IMG/VR virus record: IMGVR_UViG_3300046777_002415 | Coordinates: 15,499 to 79,498 of that record | From: a virus | Length of the DNA stretch: 64,000 bases | Reading direction: 5' to 3' (one strand) | Part shown: piece by piece, positions 36,907 to 46,749 of the stretch | How the letters are laid out: each line of letters opens with the position of its first letter | Numbering within the stretch: position 1 is the stretch's first letter | The notes under the pieces: generated by a model | What the model was told of the DNA's origin: nothing | Database searches by the model: none | What the model saw: the letters and a program-made list of their open reading frames with translations, nothing else | Program-made: the position numbers and the translations under genes

Positions 36907-39078
36907 TCAGAGGGCGATTACGACATCAGCGTTGACGGCATCACCTTCACGATGGGTGACGTAGATCACTTGGCTGCCCAGGCTCTGCAGCATCCCAGCG
37001 ATCCGGGCCGCATTCTCGGAGCTGGCATCGGCGGTCGGTTCGTCCAACAGCAACATGTGTTCGTCACCGTAGAACACCCTGCTCATGGCGATCCGGAGTG
37101 CCAGCCCGACCAGCGAACGCTGGTAGCCAGACAGCTCGGTGACTGCCACGCTGTCGCCTTGCTCGTCGACCATCAGCTCGCCGTCCTCGCGGTAGACCCG
37201 AGACAGTTCTCCCGACGTCGTGGTCGAGATCAGGTGGGAGGCGTAGGCCAGCATGTTGTCCCAGAGCTCGATCATCAGGTCGGCCCGGGACTTCCGCAGC
37301 CAGACCTGCAGACGCTTGCGGAGATCGATCTCGGTGATGAGGCACTTCCGGGACTCCTGCGCCTTCTCTGCTCTTTCCAAGGCATCCTCCGATGCTAACA
37401 GCCGGATTTGGTTGCCGGCGACTTGCGTCTGCAGTAGAGATTGCCGGTCCTGTATGGCCCGGACTTGCTGCACCGACTGGTCCAGCAGCAGCCTGAGCTT
37501 GACGATGTCCTCCACCGGCGGCAAAGCCAGTAGATCAGCTTCATGCTGCTGCAGGGCCATTAACTCTTCAGTTACTCTTTGCTGAAGGTCAGCCAACTTG
37601 GCTTGCAGAGAAGTCTGAGTGTTGACCCGGCTGGTCATGTCAGCCCAAGTGGCGCGGGCCCGGTCCATTGCGACCTTGGACTCCATCGTCGCCGAAGCCA
37701 GGTCCTCGATCGAATGGAAGCCCTGCAGGGCTGCGACGAAGTCGGCCTGAGCGTCTTCGAGCTGCTGGGTGATCTCCGCAAGTAGGTCGGCGGCGCCAGG
37801 GTTGTAAGCCTTCCGTAATTCCGCGACCTCTGACAGCTTGGTGCGGAGCGGGGTCTGGGCATCGGACCATTGCTGGTAGAGGGCCTCATAGGCGTCAACG
37901 GCCTCCTCTTGGCGCTTGATGGCAGCCAGGCGCTCTTCCTCATTGAAGGGGCGTTGGCACTCGTGGCAGACGCTCTTGTCTACCGCATCACGGGCAGATG
38001 CCAGCATGGCTTTCGCGGCGTCACAGGCGAGGTCCAGCCGGGTGCTCACCTCGCTCAGTTGCGCCAACTCTTCCTGCGCCTGCTGCAACTTGCCAGCCAC
38101 GATACTCGAAGCCCCTACCACTTGGTTTAGGTGCTCCTGCTTCTGAGCTAGTGTGTTGATGCGGGCGGACAAGGTCTGGGCCTGATCCAGCCGCTGTTTC
38201 CGGTGAGACCATGTCTGTTGCATGGCCTCGATATTGGCGGCTCCGATGTTGGCCCGCTCGGCCAGATCCGGTTCGAAGCCTTCCAAGGTGATGGAGGTTT
38301 CCTGAATACTGGCGTTCAGCGCCTTGACCCGGTCCTTCCGGGAGGTGATGGCGAAGTTCATCTGCTCCAGCTTGTTCGAGAGCGACTGGGCCTGCTCGTA
38401 CCGCTGGCGCAGGTTGGTCTCTGCATCCTGCATGTTCCGCAGCTCGTTGGTGGTTTCCTTGAGAGACAGGTTGTCATCCTTGATCAAGGTCTGGTACATG
38501 TCGACCTCCTCACGCAGCTTGCCAAGGTCCGCGACCTCACCAAGGCCAGTCAACTGCCCTTCCATGCTGGTGACGTCCTTCCCGACCATGTCGAGGATCT
38601 TGTCGACCAGATCGCTCTTGGCCAGCCGCTCGATGGTCTTCTGCAGCGCCGTGGCGCCGAACTCCAGCAAGGCCTGGGACTGCCCCTGCTTGCTATACAT
38701 CAGCAGTTGTAAGTCTGCAGCCGACATGCCGTAGGCTTCCTCGATCAGCTTGATGACCGGGGTTGTGCCGTTGGCCAGCAGGGTGCCGTCCTTGGCCCAG
38801 ACCTTGGCGCCCTTCAAAGTGCGCTCGATCTTGACGTCCCCGTGGACCGGCAGGCTGATTTCGAGGGTTGCGGTGGTGCTGCCCTCTGCGCCTCGGGTCG
38901 GGATGCGCTCTACCTTGTGGCCGGTAGCGGTCGGCCCCAGCAGAGCGAAAAGGATCCCCTTCAAGATGGTTGACTTGCCTTGGGCGTTCTCACCCGTGAC
39001 GGCTGCCAGACCGTCGGAGAAATCCGCCCGAAAGTCGTGGTGCTTCTTGAAATTCTCGAGATGAATTGAGCGGATCAT
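36907..39078 (-). CDS. sbcC: SbcC/Rad50-like SMC ATPase
   Basis: ENFKKH, GENAQGKS, Q-loop, CHEC hook, LSGYQ signature, LLDEPT, VTH. Confidence 0.92.
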   Translation of the reverse strand: MIRSIHLENFKKHHDFRADFSDGLAAVTGENAQGKSTILKGILFALLGPTATGHKVERIPTRGAEGSTTATLEISLPVHGDVKIERTLKGAKVWAKDGTLLANGTTPVIKLIEEAYGMSAADLQLLMYSKQGQSQALLEFGATALQKTIERLAKSDLVDKILDMVGKDVTSMEGQLTGLGEVADLGKLREEVDMYQTLIKDDNLSLKETTNELRNMQDAETNLRQRYEQAQSLSNKLEQMNFAITSRKDRVKALNASIQETSITLEGFEPDLAERANIGAANIEAMQQTWSHRKQRLDQAQTLSARINTLAQKQEHLNQVVGASSIVAGKLQQAQEELAQLSEVSTRLDLACDAAKAMLASARDAVDKSVCHECQRPFNEEERLAAIKRQEEAVDAYEALYQQWSDAQTPLRTKLSEVAELRKAYNPGAADLLAEITQQLEDAQADFVAALQGFHSIEDLASATMESKVAMDRARATWADMTSRVNTQTSLQAKLADLQQRVTEELMALQQHEADLLALPPVEDIVKLRLLLDQSVQQVRAIQDRQSLLQTQVAGNQIRLLASEDALERAEKAQESRKCLITEIDLRKRLQVWLRKSRADLMIELWDNMLAYASHLISTTTSGELSRVYREDGELMVDEQGDSVAVTELSGYQRSLVGLALRIAMSRVFYGDEHMLLLDEPTADASSENAARIAGMLQSLGSQVIYVTHREGDAVNADVVIAL

Positions 39079-40118
39079 TGTGCTGCCTCTCTGTAGTGCT
39101 GCCAGATTGAATGAAGGTCAGTGCTTTCCAGTGCGGCGGAAATGCGTGAAGGAAGATCGAGGGATCGGCACACGGCATGATCCACTTCAGGAACGATAGA
39201 ATCAGACTGGACATTGTTTCTCACCATCAACAAGTTCGGCCACTCCTTCCAGAGTTTGGTTATGGCCTGGGCGATGTTTGGAAGTTGTTCGCTCGGCACC
39301 GTGCCAGTCACTTCGATGAACTGGACCAGCTCATCCATGCGTACCGAATCTCCATATCGCAACTCCCGGTACCCATCAGCCTTGCTCCAGATCGGATGCT
39401 GGATGAACTGCTTCCCGTCGAACTCCCACAAAAACTTGTCTCCCACATCGCTGAAACTGGTCGGGTGGGTGTTGCCGAGGATGATCAGCCGACCGTTGTG
39501 CAGCGTCCGCGGCATGTGCTCGTGGCCCAGCAGGACGTAATCGAAGGTCTCCAGCAGCTTCTCGGCCCTTTCTGCTGTGAGGTTGAGGCTGGCGTCGTTG
39601 TGGATCAGGCCGGAGTTGTAGTTGCAGTGGAGGCAAAGGATGCTCGTCTCATCTCGACCAACGAAATCAGTAACCTCATCGAGCGAAATATCAAACAACT
39701 CCTGTGTTGCCATGTGGGGTACAAGATATACGTAGGCGCCACAGTCCCCTACGAAATCGAACCCGGGCTGGCTAACGCTGCCCAGAACGATCGGGCTACG
39801 TTCATCACAGTCGCCTGGGAGCATATCGGCAAGTAGTTGCAACGATCCGAGCTTCCCCTCCCTATTTGGCAAGTCATGGTTACCTGCCATGACTCGACAG
39901 CACTCCGCAGCAATCCTGTAACCCTGCAGGATGCCTGCTTCGTCATTGGATTCTGTATCGAATAGATCACCTAAGCAGTAAGGCGAGGTGCTGCAGAGGC
40001 TAAGGGCTTTGGTTGCTTGCCTGTATAGGGCCTCCCTCAACCTCAACCGCGAGGCCTGCGTCGTGTGTGATGTCCGCATCAATCCGAGATGCGGATCGCT
40101 GAAAAACCAGATGCTCAT
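39075..40118 (-). CDS. sbcD: SbcD/Mre11-like metallophosphoesterase nuclease
   Basis: SDPHLG, GDLFD, GNHD, LGHEH; start MSIWFF at 40118. Confidence 0.9.
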   Translation of the reverse strand: MSIWFFSDPHLGLMRTSHTTQASRLRLREALYRQATKALSLCSTSPYCLGDLFDTESNDEAGILQGYRIAAECCRVMAGNHDLPNREGKLGSLQLLADMLPGDCDERSPIVLGSVSQPGFDFVGDCGAYVYLVPHMATQELFDISLDEVTDFVGRDETSILCLHCNYNSGLIHNDASLNLTAERAEKLLETFDYVLLGHEHMPRTLHNGRLIILGNTHPTSFSDVGDKFLWEFDGKQFIQHPIWSKADGYRELRYGDSVRMDELVQFIEVTGTVPSEQLPNIAQAITKLWKEWPNLLMVRNNVQSDSIVPEVDHAVCRSLDLPSRISAALESTDLHSIWQHYREAAQ

Positions 40119-40702
40119 TGTTGTGCTCCCAAGGTCTTGAGTAGAACCCCGTTTCCACGGAGTTCGATGTGGCCCTCGTCCTTGAGTTTGGTGATCATCC
40201 GTGACACGTACTCCTTGCCAAGCCCCGCTCTCTGGGCCAGCTTGGTACGGCTCAGCGCCGGGATGAATATCCCGCCACTCTCTTTCTTCCCGCGGTTCTC
40301 CGCGATCTCCCTGATCAACATGCTGATGCGCTTGTCGCCCGGCAGCGCGGACATCATGGACTGCTGCAGGACTCGGTTCTGCTGCTGCGAAGCAGAACGC
40401 AGCACCTGACGGAGTGTTTCGGGGTCCGATAGACCTGCTGCCGAAAGGAACCCCACCACGCAAATGTCCTCAGCCCGCCAGGTAATCGAGGCAGAGGGCG
40501 GGCACTTGCAGTCGAGTGTCTCAACGCCAAGCCACTCGCCGTCGTAGACGAGGTGGGTGGAGTAAGCGTCGGGGTGATGCTTGTCCAGATAGGTCACGGC
40601 GACGATACCGCGTGACAGAAACCCGACCGTCGGTGCTGCGGTCGGGCAGTGAAGGATGACGTCCCCTGGGACGAAGGTTCTGTAGTCGGCGTCGTTCAAC
40701 AT
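40115..40702 (-). CDS. Crp/Fnr-family transcriptional regulator
   Basis: cNMP-barrel-like GDVI..FLSRGIV..GEWLGVE..RAEDIC, and Crp-type HTH LSRTKLAQRAGLGKEYVSRMITKLKDEGHI. Confidence 0.75.
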   Translation of the reverse strand: MLNDADYRTFVPGDVILHCPTAAPTVGFLSRGIVAVTYLDKHHPDAYSTHLVYDGEWLGVETLDCKCPPSASITWRAEDICVVGFLSAAGLSDPETLRQVLRSASQQQNRVLQQSMMSALPGDKRISMLIREIAENRGKKESGGIFIPALSRTKLAQRAGLGKEYVSRMITKLKDEGHIELRGNGVLLKTLGAQQ

Positions 40703-41121
40703 GACTGTGCTGCGAAAGTGAACATGGAATCGAAATCGTCGGTGGTGCCCTGCCAAACTGGCTTCTTTTTCCCCTCAGCCCTCACCACCTCCTCCCCTCG
40801 GTACCAAGCCAGCAGGTTCTTGGCCCGGTCGGCGTAGATGAAGGCGGTGACATGGCCGGCCCGCTGCCAGAGGCGGTGCTTGCCGCACTGCCCGGAGTCC
40901 AGCAGGGACTTGAGAGACGCTGATTTCTCGGTGCTCTTGGCCTCAATCAGGATCGCCGGCTTCTCTGGCAGCAGCCAGAGGAAGTCCCCGGGCTGGGCCG
41001 GCATGTAACCGCCGGCCGACTTCGAGTCGTAGAAGCGGTGGAAGAACGACTTATGCTCGCACTGCCACCGGTACAAAGCCTCCTGGATGTGCTTCTCCAG
41101 CCATTTGCCGTCATTGGCCAT
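40696..41121 (-). CDS. Holliday junction resolvase (RecU/PD-(D/E)XK-like)
   Basis: G..LE...PGDF.....LIEAKST. Confidence 0.75.
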   Translation of the reverse strand: MANDGKWLEKHIQEALYRWQCEHKSFFHRFYDSKSAGGYMPAQPGDFLWLLPEKPAILIEAKSTEKSASLKSLLDSGQCGKHRLWQRAGHVTAFIYADRAKNLLAWYRGEEVVRAEGKKKPVWQGTTDDFDSMFTFAAQSC

Positions 41122-41848
41122 GGTGGCCTCCGAGGATGCTCAAGGCAGTGAAGCGGACGTCCGGATCCATGTCAGGCTGCGTGAACCACTTCAGGCTGGA
41201 CGGCCTGAGTGAGGAGAACGGCATGCCCTTGTGCTTGCCGAACGGCACCAGACGCAGTTGCTGCGGGGCTCCAAGCCATGTCGCCATGCCTTCCAGAGTC
41301 TTCTGGGTCTGCTTCATGTAATGGTTGAGCAGCAGCCCAACCATCCAGCAATCGGCAAGTCCATCGTGAGCCTGCTTCGGCAACTCGGTGTCCAGCACGT
41401 ACCGCTCACCGACCAGATGGCTCAGGCGGTGATTGGATGCGATCGGATCCAGGCGCCGAGCTGCCCACAGGGTGTCGATCATCCGGTTGTGCGGCCATCC
41501 CGGCAGATGCCGGGCCACGATCGGCACGTCGAATTTCACGATGTTGTGGCCGACGAGGAAGACATTGGCGTCGTGCAGCATGGCGAACTCGTTGACGGTT
41601 TGCCGCCACCTCTGTGCCACCGTGCTGGACGGCTGCTTGCCTGCAACCCTCTCCTCGCTGATCCCGTGCGTGTCGAACGCCCCTTGCGCGATCGGCCGGT
41701 TCGGCTTGGCCAGCTCGTCGAAGACGACCGCCGTGCTGGGGTCACCCTCGACGAACATGACCGAGCTGAGCTGGACGAAATCGTCCTGCTTGGGGTCGGC
41801 GCCAGTTGTTTCTGTGTCGAAGCAGACTGCGATGGACTTCCTTGTCAT
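41111..41848 (-). CDS. DEDDh 3'-5' exonuclease (ExoX-like)
   Basis: DTETTG, GHNI..FD, IDTL, AHDGLAD, C-terminal PFGKHKG. Confidence 0.88.
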   Translation of the reverse strand: MTRKSIAVCFDTETTGADPKQDDFVQLSSVMFVEGDPSTAVVFDELAKPNRPIAQGAFDTHGISEERVAGKQPSSTVAQRWRQTVNEFAMLHDANVFLVGHNIVKFDVPIVARHLPGWPHNRMIDTLWAARRLDPIASNHRLSHLVGERYVLDTELPKQAHDGLADCWMVGLLLNHYMKQTQKTLEGMATWLGAPQQLRLVPFGKHKGMPFSSLRPSSLKWFTQPDMDPDVRFTALSILGGHHGQ

Positions 41849-41852
41849 AGTG

Positions 41853-42299
41853 TCAAACCCTCCCAGTTGAACCGAAGCCACCTTCTCGGTTGCTGGCACT
41901 CAGCTCCTCAGCTTCTGCCAGATCGACGCGGTAGAACGGTAGGAACATTGCCTGACAGATGCGCTCACCAGGGTTGATGTAGTAGGTATCGTCGCCGCGA
42001 TTCCAGACCGAGACCTTTACCTCGTCCCGATAGTCTGGGTCGATCACCCCGATCAGGTTACCGAGGACGACGCCGTGCTTGTGCCCAAGGCCGGAGCGCG
42101 GGGTCAGCAGCATGACGATCGATTCCGGCACCTCGAAGATCAACCCGGTCGGCAGCAGAATGGTCTGCCCAGGGGCGAGGGTGGTTCTGGCGAAGGTCGC
42201 TGCCCTCAGATCGATGGCGGCGGCACCGGCAGTAGATCCGGAGGGGAGGGGGTGGTGTTCGTAGAACGCTGGGTCGATGACTTTGACGTTGATCTTCAT
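41853..42299 (-). CDS. dut: dUTPase (trimeric)
   Basis: AAIDL, PRSGLG, GVIDPDYR, GERICQ, REGGFGSTG. Confidence 0.96.
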   Translation of the reverse strand: MKINVKVIDPAFYEHHPLPSGSTAGAAAIDLRAATFARTTLAPGQTILLPTGLIFEVPESIVMLLTPRSGLGHKHGVVLGNLIGVIDPDYRDEVKVSVWNRGDDTYYINPGERICQAMFLPFYRVDLAEAEELSASNREGGFGSTGRV

Positions 42300-42736
42300 G
42301 CCCTGGCACCCTCCGGTACCACCAAAAGCAGGTAGGTTGTATCCTCTGTTTGTATTACCTCGTGTTCGACCTTAGTCGTACGGAGATTGCCCAAGGAGAT
42401 ACCCATTCCTTCCTTTAATGTCATGTGCAAGATTGGTTTGCTCTTTAGCTGTCCTATCTTTACGCCCTTGGCTAAGTCTGAGTCCGTCTTCTTCCGGTAA
42501 GCGAAAGTATTCGAGCTTGGGTCCACAAGAGGCGTAATTTTGTCTCCCAATTTCCAACCGAGTTCTTCGAGTACTTTTTCGCCTATTTCTACACGCAGAA
42601 AATCCCCTTGCTTTCCCCGCCTTGTGATAGCGATTCTGACGTCTATTGACCTATCCACAGTCGCGGGATAGCCGCCCCTTGTTAGATAAAAGGACGAGGC
42701 AGGCGGAAACCTTGAAACATCAAATTCTTGAGTCAT
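42296..42736 (-). CDS. Hypothetical protein, possible AbrB-like DNA-binding fold
   Basis: RVEIGEKVLEELGWKLGDKI; visibly AT-richer than flanks; AAGGAG RBS. Confidence 0.5.
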   Translation of the reverse strand: MTQEFDVSRFPPASSFYLTRGGYPATVDRSIDVRIAITRRGKQGDFLRVEIGEKVLEELGWKLGDKITPLVDPSSNTFAYRKKTDSDLAKGVKIGQLKSKPILHMTLKEGMGISLGNLRTTKVEHEVIQTEDTTYLLLVVPEGARA

Positions 42737-42753
42737 AACTGCTCCTTAGTTTC

Positions 42754-43026
42754 CTAGTTCACCAGATCCTTCAGCGCCTTCGCCGGCTTGAACACCACCG
42801 CCTTGCTGGCCGGTATCTGGATCGTCTGGCCGGTGGCGGGGTTGCGGCCGGTGCGGGCTTCACGGTCCTTGACGTGGAAAGCGCCGAAGCCGTGGATGGT
42901 TACGTCTTCTCCGACTGCCAGGTAGTCTGCGATCCTGCCGAATACAGCATCGAGCACCCGGCCGGCACTGGCTTTGCTGACATCAATTTCAGTGGTGATT
43001 GCGTTTACCAGTTCTGCTTTGTTCAT
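42754..43026 (-). CDS. hup: HU histone-like DNA-binding protein
   Basis: MNKAELV..GFGAF...R.ARTGRNPATG..I.IPA....FKPAKALK. Confidence 0.95.
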   Translation of the reverse strand: MNKAELVNAITTEIDVSKASAGRVLDAVFGRIADYLAVGEDVTIHGFGAFHVKDREARTGRNPATGQTIQIPASKAVVFKPAKALKDLVN

Positions 43027-43068
43027 CTCAGTTCTCTCATTGATTGCCGGGGACCGCCCGGCGCGGGT

Positions 43069-46000
43069 TCATGCTGCCTCGGCGTGGCCCAAGGCCTTGT
43101 CGATGGCGTAATTGATCAGCTCCGGCGTCGGGTGCGGCCCGATCTCGACCTGCGTCCCGAAGTTCGGGCCCAGTGAAGGCTCTGCCCAGAGAGGGCAGGG
43201 CAGACCCGGGATGCCTTGGGTCATGATGGAGTGGACCTCCATGATCAGGCTTGGCGCCTTGCTGCTGTGGCAGGAAAACACCAGCTCGTCATGGATCGGA
43301 GCAAGGAACTGAGCCCCGTGACGCTGGAAGGTTTTGCGCTGGTAGAGGGCGGTCAGGACGACCTTCAAATAGTCGGCGCACACGCCTTGGATCAGGGAGT
43401 TCAAGGCCGACCGCTCAAGGTAGCCGCGCATGCCTTCATCGTTGGTCAGCAGCTTGCTGAACAGATGGCGCCGGGAACCGTAGAGCGTCGTCAGGTAACC
43501 CTGGCTGTGCAGCTGCTCGATGGACTTCTCGCGCCAGTCCTCGTACCCGGAGTACAGCTTCTTCTTGGCAGAGAGGTAGTCCTTGGCTATCTCCGGGTCA
43601 CAGATCAGCTTCCGGGCCAGCTTGGTTGGGCCTCCACCGTATTGGCTGAGGAAGTTGACGCCCTTGGCATCGCCGCGGATCTTCTTGTAGCTCTTGGCGT
43701 CGGGGTGGGTATCGTCGTGGCGGGCTTCCTCGAACTGCTCGTAAGGCACCCCGGCAATCCCGGCAGCCGTCAGGCTGTGGATGTCCCGCAGTTCTGATGT
43801 CCGGAAACGCTCGACGAACTTGGGGCCCAGCTGTTCGATCATCCAGTCGGGCAGCGTCTTGAGGACGTTGCCGTCGATGTAGCAGCTCAGCATCTCAATG
43901 TCCCGGGATAGCCCGGCGCCGACCCGCAGTTCCTCGCCAGCCCAATCGATTGAGCAGATCAGGTCGTGGCCCTTGAGCGGGATCACAGCGTTCCGGAACT
44001 TGATGCCGTCGCCGCGCTTCGGCATCTGCATCAGATTCGGCGAGCTGCCCGACATGCGCCGGGTTTCCGTGCCGCAGCTGTTGAGCTGGGGGTGGACCAG
44101 ACCGGTCTTGGGGTGCTGCCACAGCGGGTACTTGCTGTAGAAGTTGCTGTTGCGGGTCTGCGCCTTCTTGGCCTTCAGCAGGCACTCCAGTGCCTCACGC
44201 TTCCACGAACCTTCCGGTGCGTCCGTGGCCATCGCTGTCAAGATCGCGTCCTCGTTAGCCTGTGCTCCGCCTTCCAGCCCCAAGTCAGCGCGTTCCTCGG
44301 TGACATCGAAGCTGCGTATCCGGAGCGGTAAGGCCAGCATGCCGTACAGCAACGCCTTCATCTGCAGAGGGGAGCTCAGCGACAGTTCGCTGCCGACCGT
44401 TTCGTACCGCTTGTCATCGGGCGTGGCCTCGACTTTAACCTCGCGGCAGAGCTCCATTAGTCTCTGGACTTTGGGCTTCTCGGTGCAGTTCTTCTGGTGC
44501 AGACAATCCACTAGGTCACGAATTAGCCCCAGGATACGCTCGGCTCGACTGTCTGGGTGGTCTAGGCCCAGTGTGGCTTCCTTCCATGCCACCCAGGCCT
44601 TATTGGTAGTCTTCTCCAGAGCAGGGAGCCCAAGGTACTCAAAAACCTCGCTGAACTGCACTGCCGTCATCTTGAAGTCGATCGGCTTCTCGACCCGTTC
44701 CATATCCCGGTACGTCACCCTCTCCTCGATCTTGAGGGTCAGGGCGGCGATGTCCTCAGCCATCCTGCTTTTGGCGTCGTTCTCTTCGAGTTGCTTGGCC
44801 TTGACCGCCGCGGCGTACTTGGCATCGATCATCTCGCGCTCGACTTCCAGCAGGTTGCGGATACCCTCCTGCAGGACCTCGTCCGTCTGGTTCTCCCGCA
44901 GCAATTCACGGAGGCGGGCCATGTTGGTATCGAACACCTCTTGGTCCTCGATCCGCAGTCGGTCGAGTTCCTGCCAGTCGATGTCGATGCCGGCGAGGTA
45001 GGCGTCGGACAGCAGATAGATCGGCGGGAATTCATTCTGTCTGACGAAGTCCCAGGTGCCTTCCAGCAGCAACTGGAGCTTGAGGAATTCATACAAGTGG
45101 GCCGTGACCAACGGATCATCGGCGCCGTACTGCAGGACGTGCTCAGCGCTGTAGTCGCGCATCGCTGTCCCCTTCTCGATGACGTCGTGGTAGTGCAGCT
45201 GCTTGTAGCCAAGGATCCGGAGGCTCATATCCTTCAGACCGCTGGACTCCTGCTCGTCGACATGCGATGACATCACTTTGGTGTCATGCGCCGGCGGCAG
45301 ATCACGACCGAACTGATTCTTGTAGATGGTCTGTTCGAAATACAGGTTCTGGATCACCAGCGGGGTGCCCGCCGGAATGCAATCGATCAGCTTGGGGATG
45401 AACTCGGCCGGCAGGTTGTTGTTGCCGGCGTGGTCGACCGTCGCGTAGAAGGTGTGCTCCAGGTTCTTGCCGAACGTGAAGCCGGCGCCGGTGATGGTCG
45501 AGGACAGCATGTCGACGTACTCACGACCATTAGCTGCTTCGATGAACGCATCGGTAACAGGTGCCGAGGTCTCCCAGTCGATCGAGATGAAGGGCGACTC
45601 GGCGAACAACTCGCGGGCCTGGGCCAGAGTGCCTTCCTCATCGTCCAGGGCCGAAGCGTCAAGGATGAAAGGCGGATTGGGCATGAACGGCGCCAGAGTC
45701 TGGCGCAGGTCCTGACAGCCGACGGCATCCAGCAAGGTGCCCAGTTTGTCAGCCCGGGGCAGGGCGGTGGACCACTTCGGAGTCAGGTAGATGCTCTTGC
45801 CACTGATCTCGGTCTTGCTATTGACGAGGCTGGGGTGGAGGATCGCTAGGTCCCAGCACATTATCCAGTTTTGCAGGTCTCGGAAGATCATCTCCAGTAG
45901 CGGATCGCTACCTGACTCAGCCAGCTTTTTCAGCAGGTTGTAGCCGGCACCGGTCAGCATGTCCTGCAGCTGCTGCAGTCCGTCGTCGCCGTAGGTCTCG

Positions 46001-46620
46001 ACCAGCTTGAGCCACTTGGCAGGACCGAAGCCGTTGACACCCTTGTACCCGTCCGACGAATCGCCGACGAGCGACTTGTAGAGGGCGACCCGGTTGAAGG
46101 GGACCTCGATGTCCTTGTCCTTGAAGCAGTCGATGAATTCGTGGCCGATGTTCAGGACGACGCTGTCCGATCCAAGCTGAGCCAAGTCGCGGTCGACGGT
46201 GTAGATCATGGAGGCCGGCAGATGCTTGGCCATCCAGGCGATCACGTCATCTGCCTCGACCGTGTCGACGACGACCTGGGTGATGCCCAAGTATTTCAGC
46301 AGCAGCTTGGTATGCTTGATGGTCTCGCTGATGGCGAACTTGAGCTCTGGCGATTGCTCGCGCTCCTTGCGGGCCTTCTTGTAATCAGGGAAGCGGGTTT
46401 CGCGGTAGAGGTTACCGCCGTCCCAGACAGCCACGACTTGCTTCACCCTGAAATCCTTCAGGATCGGGAGCAGGACGGAGTTGACGAGGTTGTCGATAGC
46501 GTGGCCGGCGGTGTTGACCGTCTTGCCAGTGATTGAGTCACGGTCACCGTCTCTGTCGGTGCCGGAGTGCAGGCTGCGAAGCGCAAGCCCACGAATATCC
46601 AGTAGGACGTAGCTGTCCAT
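43069..46620 (-). CDS. polA: Family A DNA polymerase with 5'-3' and 3'-5' exonuclease domains
   Basis: EADDVI, DRDL.Q, GDSSDG; DWET; motif A DWAGEELR, motif B KGVNFLSQYG, motif C IHDEL. Confidence 0.95.
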   Translation of the reverse strand: MDSYVLLDIRGLALRSLHSGTDRDGDRDSITGKTVNTAGHAIDNLVNSVLLPILKDFRVKQVVAVWDGGNLYRETRFPDYKKARKEREQSPELKFAISETIKHTKLLLKYLGITQVVVDTVEADDVIAWMAKHLPASMIYTVDRDLAQLGSDSVVLNIGHEFIDCFKDKDIEVPFNRVALYKSLVGDSSDGYKGVNGFGPAKWLKLVETYGDDGLQQLQDMLTGAGYNLLKKLAESGSDPLLEMIFRDLQNWIMCWDLAILHPSLVNSKTEISGKSIYLTPKWSTALPRADKLGTLLDAVGCQDLRQTLAPFMPNPPFILDASALDDEEGTLAQARELFAESPFISIDWETSAPVTDAFIEAANGREYVDMLSSTITGAGFTFGKNLEHTFYATVDHAGNNNLPAEFIPKLIDCIPAGTPLVIQNLYFEQTIYKNQFGRDLPPAHDTKVMSSHVDEQESSGLKDMSLRILGYKQLHYHDVIEKGTAMRDYSAEHVLQYGADDPLVTAHLYEFLKLQLLLEGTWDFVRQNEFPPIYLLSDAYLAGIDIDWQELDRLRIEDQEVFDTNMARLRELLRENQTDEVLQEGIRNLLEVEREMIDAKYAAAVKAKQLEENDAKSRMAEDIAALTLKIEERVTYRDMERVEKPIDFKMTAVQFSEVFEYLGLPALEKTTNKAWVAWKEATLGLDHPDSRAERILGLIRDLVDCLHQKNCTEKPKVQRLMELCREVKVEATPDDKRYETVGSELSLSSPLQMKALLYGMLALPLRIRSFDVTEERADLGLEGGAQANEDAILTAMATDAPEGSWKREALECLLKAKKAQTRNSNFYSKYPLWQHPKTGLVHPQLNSCGTETRRMSGSSPNLMQMPKRGDGIKFRNAVIPLKGHDLICSIDWAGEELRVGAGLSRDIEMLSCYIDGNVLKTLPDWMIEQLGPKFVERFRTSELRDIHSLTAAGIAGVPYEQFEEARHDDTHPDAKSYKKIRGDAKGVNFLSQYGGGPTKLARKLICDPEIAKDYLSAKKKLYSGYEDWREKSIEQLHSQGYLTTLYGSRRHLFSKLLTNDEGMRGYLERSALNSLIQGVCADYLKVVLTALYQRKTFQRHGAQFLAPIHDELVFSCHSSKAPSLIMEVHSIMTQGIPGLPCPLWAEPSLGPNFGTQVEIGPHPTPELINYAIDKALGHAEAA

Positions 46621-46641
46621 GATGCCTCCAAGGAAAGCCTT

Positions 46642-46668
46642 CCCGGTCTGGAGTGCTGCCAGACCGGG
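46642..46668 (-). promoter_or_regulatory. CAGCA-loop hairpin copy 2
   Basis: CCCGGTCTGG-cagcact-CCAGACCGGG upstream of the polA RBS. Confidence 0.75.
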
Positions 46669-46677
46669 TCGGTGGGT

Positions 46678-46749
46678 CTACTTATTCAGGTATCGCCAGG
46701 CGACGTATCCTGAAACTGCAATTGCCAGAACGTCGAGTAGCAGGCACAT
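46678..46749 (-). CDS. 23-aa single-pass membrane peptide (not in the ORF track)
   Basis: MCLLLDVLAIAVSGYVAWRYLNK; TGATG-coupled to terB. Confidence 0.5.
   Translation of the reverse strand: MCLLLDVLAIAVSGYVAWRYLNK

Noticed and set aside
40119-40463. N-terminal extension of the 462-aa SbcD ORF (likewise for ligase, thyX, exonuclease, nrdB)
   Set aside because: The extensions overlap upstream genes; downstream ATGs have RBSs or stop/start coupling and begin at the conserved motifs.
43046-43062. Ninth CAGCA hairpin upstream of HU
   Set aside because: It has a similar CCGG stem and position, but the loop (CGGTC) lacks CAGCA, so it was not counted.
35947-46620. Z-genome or uracil-DNA phage
   Set aside because: No purZ in the window, and dUTPase plus ThyX point to ordinary thymine DNA.
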